Assembly (NCBI GenBank): GCA_002269645.1
Contig: NIVC01002440.1
Coordinates: 1 to 64,000 of the forward strand
Origin: Macrostomum lignano
Taxonomy: Eukaryota
Direction: 5' to 3'
DNA: 64,000 bases
Shown here: positions 58,880-64,000 of the stretch, one piece after another
Layout: every line of letters begins with the position of its first letter
Position numbering within the stretch: position 1 is the stretch's first letter
Made by a program: the position numbers and the translations under genes
Notes under the pieces: model-generated
What the model was told of the DNA's origin: nothing
Database searches by the model: none
The model's input: only the letters and a program-made list of their open reading frames with translations

Positions 58880-59540
58880 GAAAAGCGCCTGAGCGTGCTT
58901 GGCTACGCCGACGACCTCGCCTCATGTCATCGTCGGTTGAAGGCGCCAGCGCCAGATCGACAGGCTGGTCGAGGTGGCATCGAGCGTCGGTCTGATTGTC
59001 AACATGCTGAAGACCGAGGTGCTGACTGTGCCGGCCGACATCCCAGAGGACCTGACGTGCCGCAGCTCGCACGCTGATCAGGTGATCAGGCTCATCTGAT
59101 CAGCAGATGATCAGGCTCGCATGCTGCCAGCGGCTCACCTACTTCGGCGGTCTGGTGCTTCACGTGAAGAACCTCCGGCGGTGCAGAGGACTTGCCTCCG
59201 TCCGAAGCGCTGCCCGACCCGCCAGAGGGCTCGGCTGTGGCAGGCGGTAGTCGACACATGGACGCTGACGGGTACGCTGGAGCGAGCGGCGGTTGGAGCC
59301 TTTCGAGCTGACGAGAGCGTCGGGACCGAGGCCCTGTACGATCGGGTCAAGCTGCAGCGCCCGTCCACCATCCTGCGCCGGCGGCGACTTCAACTGGCGA
59401 GTCACGTGGCGAGGGCTACTGCCGCCAACCTGTTCAGGACGTCCTGCTGCTCACCTTGCAGGCTCAGTTCAGGCGGGGTCAGTCCCGAATCCGTCGATAA
59501 GTGGACTGCCTGCTATGCGACGCTGAGACACCCTGCTCTA
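58880..59540 (+). mobile_element. Decayed LINE (RTE-like) reverse-transcriptase 3' fragment
   Basis: LGYADDLA followed in a shifted frame by QIDRLVEVASSVGLIVNMLKTEVL. Confidence 0.8.
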
Positions 59541-60404
59541 ACTGTGACTTGCCTTCAGGGCTGCGTATTTTTTACACATTTTGTTTTTAGTGTTGGACGT
59601 TGGATGTAGAACTAACATCGAATCCTAATTTTATAAACAAAAAACTTTTATAAATATCAATAGAGCCATGAGATACACATATCAAAAGATGAACATTGGG
59701 TCTGCCCCCTATCAAAAGAAATAACATTTTTTGGCTAAAAAAATTTAATCTCCCCTCTCCGTAAAGCATTTTTTTCGGGAAACCTGCCTTCAAAAAATTC
59801 CTAGAAACCTAGCTCCCATCCTTCTAATTGAGTAGTCTTTGTGGAAGGTCAACTTGTTCTTCTCGAAATCAACAAATCTTTCTATTTTTCACAATTTAAT
59901 TTAATCTCACACTACTAATGATAAGTTTTTGTTTTAGTGAGCACCATATTCAGTATAAAACGATAAATTAACAAGTATTTGTTGTTTTAAACGAACCAAA
60001 AATTGGTATAAATGACGTCAAATTTGCGAGGATCAGGAGGACGGTTCCCTCCCTCAGAGATTCAGAGATAAGGAAAGAGGCTAAGCCTAGCCTGGTGTGT
60101 TTCAGCTAAATAGAGAATCGTGTTCAAGACGTGCTCAATTTTACGAAGAGTCAACTATCTAAAGAAAGAAAACACGTATATACTACTGATGTAACTACTG
60201 ATGTAACTACTGATGTTATTAAGAAGTAAATAAAAAACGATCGAAGTCGATCTGGGAAATTTTTCTTCACCATTTTTCACACCCTGGTGCACTTTAAGCG
60301 GGATTGTCACATAACCCATTCTGCAAACTCCCCTGAGTAGGCACACAAGCACACGGATGCGTGCGCAGTCACAGACTCACACAGGAGTGTACAGCGGCCT
60401 TAGA

Positions 60405-60982
60405 TGATGCTTCTATGATTTTTTACATGACGCTTCTATGATTTTACATGACGCTTCTATGACTTTACATGACACTTCTATGACTTTACATGACGCTTCT
60501 ATGATTCCTTCATGACGCTTCTATGATTCCTTCATGACGCTTCTATGATTTTTTACATGGCGTTTCTATGATTTTTACATGACGCTTCTATGACTTATTA
60601 CATGACGCTTCCATGATTCTTTCATGACGCTTCTACTTGCATCGTGGCTAAGAAATTGCTCGATGCTAAAGGGATTAAATATTCGAAAAACATATTTTTT
60701 GCAAAGGTCAAGCAGCTCTTTCGACTTGAAATGCAGCGTCATGATAAAATCATAGAAGCGTCATGTAAACAATCATAGAAGCGTCATGAAAGAATCATAG
60801 AAGCGTCATGAAAGAATCATAGAAGCGTCATGTAAATAATCATAGAAGCCTCATGTAAAAAATCATAGAAGCGTCATGTAAAAAATCATAGAAGCGTCAT
60901 GTAAAAAATCATAGAAGCGTCATGTAAAAAATCATAGAAGCGTCATGTAAACAATCATAGAAGCGTCATGTAAACAATCATA
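60405..60982. repeat. Two oppositely oriented arrays of a 22-24-bp unit (catgacgcttctatgattttta) around a ~105-bp spacer
   Basis: Plus array 60405-60636; reverse-complement array (aaaatcatagaagcgtcatg) 60742-60982. Confidence 0.92.
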
Positions 60983-61351
60983 CCATCACGGAAAAATTTC
61001 TAAACGATCAGTGCAAGTTCGAAGAAAATCGATTGAGCCGTTTTTGCTATAATCGATCACATACCCACCTACCTACCTAAATTGATACCGACAGACCATG
61101 TTTAGTTTAGCTCCTGACCTGACTTGCGCTTGGAATCGAGCCTGGGCCGCTGGCACGAGTCCAGAGCATCGCGCTATCCATGCACTTGTTTTGATATGGC
61201 CTTTACAAGCCAGTGTTTGAAATTCTCTGACATGTAAGCAGAAGATAACTGGAAAACAAATACTTAAATTTGGCTTGCTGACCATCAGAATAAAACATGT
61301 TAGTGTTGTACAATGTCTGTGGGCTATAAAAAGAGTCCTTCAATGAGTTTT

Positions 61352-62796
61352 CTATCCATTCCTATCAAAGTATTCCAGATTGGCGATCAGAGTGGGCCGG
61401 CTGCCGTAGACCTCCAGCTCTGCCGGCACATCGCAGGCGGTCATTGGCCGCGAATCTCGCCGACTAACGCTGATACTCACCATGAGCATCCTGGAGCAGC
61501 TCACAACGAAGTATTCGCCCTTGTCGATTGGCAAACAGAAGCCCATGTACATGACGTTGCCTAATCTGCGCACCACGGAGTCGAATGTGTAGTCATTGGG
61601 GTCGAAATTGCAGTCATTCCCTTTCCGCTTCCAGACTACGATCTTCTCCACAAACCTTTTTGTCGACAAGCTGCCAAAGTTGAATTGCAATGAGCTGCCG
61701 ATGGTCATATTTGAGTTCTCGTCTGGACCGAAGTTGTCCTCACGGATACCGTCAATGGCCTTCATGATGGTGGGATTGAAGATGCTCCTAGAGCTGTTGC
61801 TATCCCTGTCAATCATTGAGTTCATGTAGGAATCGCCCGTGAAGGCAGACAGAACCTCGAAAGCGTCTGCAAGATGCGTTGAGTTCAGTCAGACGAGTTT
61901 TCTATCGAAAGTCGAAATAGAAAACAGGTCTGAATTTCGTGCTACGACCCCTGGTTTGACTACGTGCGTAACCAACATTCATTTGAGGCCTGTGCATGAA
62001 AGTTGGCTGGGGGATTGACAGGCGACTCACACCCATTAGGGCCAACCCCCTCTCATAGGTGACGTAACCAACATTCATTTGAGGCCTGTGCATGAAAGTT
62101 GGCTGGGGGATTGACAGGCGACTCACACCCATTAGGGCCAACCCCCTCTCATAGGTGACGTAACCAACATTCATTTGAGGCCTGTGCATGAAAGTTGGCT
62201 GGGGGATTGACAGGCGACTCACACCCATTAGGGCCAACCCCCTCTTATAGGTGACGTGACCAACATTCATTTGATGCCTGTGCATGAAAGTTGGCTGGGG
62301 GATTGACAGGCGAATCACACCCATTAGGGCCAACCCCCTCTCATAGGTGATCAGCAATCAGCGGAATGGACAAAATTGCCGCATCGTTGTGGGACATGGG
62401 CTGTTGTCGAAGGCGTGTTGCGGCAGGGAGCCCACAGCACTCCTGTGAACATTACTATCATCAATGCCTTATAAAAGAGAAGAGTTCATGGTGTTACGCG
62501 AGTACAGTAAACTTCAGCTTCAGCTGAGGAAATTGGTATGAAAAAATCGGACACAATCTGGATTAGGTCAAAACGCACGGTCAAGGACAGCGCAAGAGTT
62601 CCGTCATGTGCTCACCGTAGCAGTCTTTGTTAAGCGGCAGCCTGGCGAAGCCCCGCCCGGGACAGGGGACGCAGCCATCGCTGCTCACCATCTGGAACTC
62701 GGTGCATCCGTGCGTCCTCCGCAGCGACGCGGCGTCCTCTTGGGCAGCAACAGTCGCGACTGCGACCAGCAATGCCAAGCTTGCAGAGAAAATCAT
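61352..62796 (-). CDS. Secreted protein with small Cys module + discoidin/fucolectin-like domain; exons 62796-62616 and 61866-61352 (231 aa)
   Basis: Signal peptide MIFSASLALLVAVATVAA; donor TAC G|GTGAG in phase with ttgcag|AC; KAIDG...LQFNFG...VEKIVVW...ELEVYG resembles the galactose-binding-like fold (by eye). Confidence 0.72.
61963..62351. repeat. 96-bp tandem repeat, 4 copies, intronic
   Basis: accaacattc recurs at 61971, 62067, 62163, 62259. Confidence 0.96.
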
Positions 62797-64000
62797 TGCG
62801 TTCAGATTTCAGTGCAGGATTGAGCCCACATGCATTTCAGTTCGGGGTCGCACATTTGAAGCATTTATTTACCCGCGTCATAAACTTTCATCTGATAATT
62901 GGCTGCACGTTGCATGCAAACAACATGCAGCTACGTAGACTTTGGAATTTGAACTGAAGCGTCTTCTACCCTTAGTTTTAATTATTTATCTTATTCCGTT
63001 GCTAATTCTCTACTATCTAGACTTCGGTCATCTCCTAGCTGTTAGCCTACCAGGGATGTCTTCTTCGCATTTTGCACCGCGCTGACCCCAGCAATCGTAA
63101 ACAAACCGGCCAGAAAAGAGACGCCGAAGCCAAGGCATCTGGGGGCAAAAGTTTTCTGTCAGCCATCGTGTCGTTCGTGGGTTTGTCGGTCTATTTGATG
63201 GCGATGTGAACAAGCCTTAAAGTGCATCGCCTGAAGCGAATCGGATGAAAGGGGCAAAGGGAGCTGTTGTTGTTAAACGGAAGTGCCATCGAGTGCAAAA
63301 TGCCCGTCAGACAGGGTCGACCGTGAGATCAATTTCGCCACCGGTGAACACTTGATCCCACTGCCGTAAACACGCGAGAGCCTGTCACTCATCTTCATTG
63401 TCTAGAATCGCGGTATCTGGTGGGTCACACTGTCAGGGTACCAATAACTTCTGGGGCTCATGCCTTCCAGGTGGTCCATTTACCAGCTCCCTTCGCGGGT
63501 AGGTTCACCTAGCGCAATGACAGCTCAAAGCAGCACAGAGCGCGGCACTCTTCCTGAAATACGAGCAGCTCAGCCGCCAAGTTCGTCAGCCAGGCTGCCC
63601 CGGTCACACAAAAGTACCCTCCGGGCAGAGTGCACCCAAACAGGCAATCGCGCAGTCTTTACGTCTCAATTGGCTGAGTTGCGGGGAAAATCTCCCATTT
63701 ACTGGGGCAATTTACCGGACCACTGCAGACTAGCCATTGCGAATTTTTGGGCTCATAGTTTGTGGTCGAATAGCTAGAAAAATCTAGCGTACTACTACTA
63801 TTCAAATCGCATTCAGTAGTATACACAGAAAGCATTAATAAATGAAAATATTTGAGAGATTGGTGAAATGGCGAGCACTTATTATAATTTCTTCTTCACC
63901 GCAAACTCAGGCTTTCATCTGAATTGCAGTCGCCAGAACAAAACCAAAATGTGAGCTGCATTCATCCACTCTCCCGTCCGTTGGCAGTCAGTCAGCCAGT

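Noticed and set aside
1-62351. Regular short repeat arrays as possible CRISPR arrays
   Set aside because: Units are head-to-tail with no unique spacers, there are no cas genes, and the context is eukaryotic.

Overview
Eukaryotic (animal) genomic DNA. GT-AG spliced, GC-rich genes are separated by many minisatellites, (GACA)n tracts and nested transposons. The style resembles a free-living flatworm such as Macrostomum, but this is inference only. Host genes reconstructed by hand: a multi-exon SAM-domain gene (minus, ~0.75-16.9 kb, runs off the left edge), a secreted PAN/apple + C-type lectin, a two-exon profilin-like gene, a four-exon bHLH-Orange-WRPW (Hairy/E(spl)) gene, a ~25-ankyrin-repeat + Mab-21/cGAS-like nucleotidyltransferase gene (one premature TAG, one frameshift), a secreted PAN + LamG-like protein and a secreted discoidin/fucolectin-like protein. 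Mobile DNA: a Mutator-like element with a PHD remnant, two decayed LINEs, tRNA-derived SINE copies, hAT and Tc1/mariner MITEs, and four Crypton-type tyrosine-recombinase (YR) genes bracketed by a recurrent TTGTCTATGGCC/GGCCATAGACAA site. Two of the YR genes sit inside a P-superfamily-like element inserted in the profilin intron. The strongest leads are the ankyrin-cGLR fusion and the YR/GTCTATGG site cluster. All exon structures and domain calls come from reading the sequence; no database search was run.
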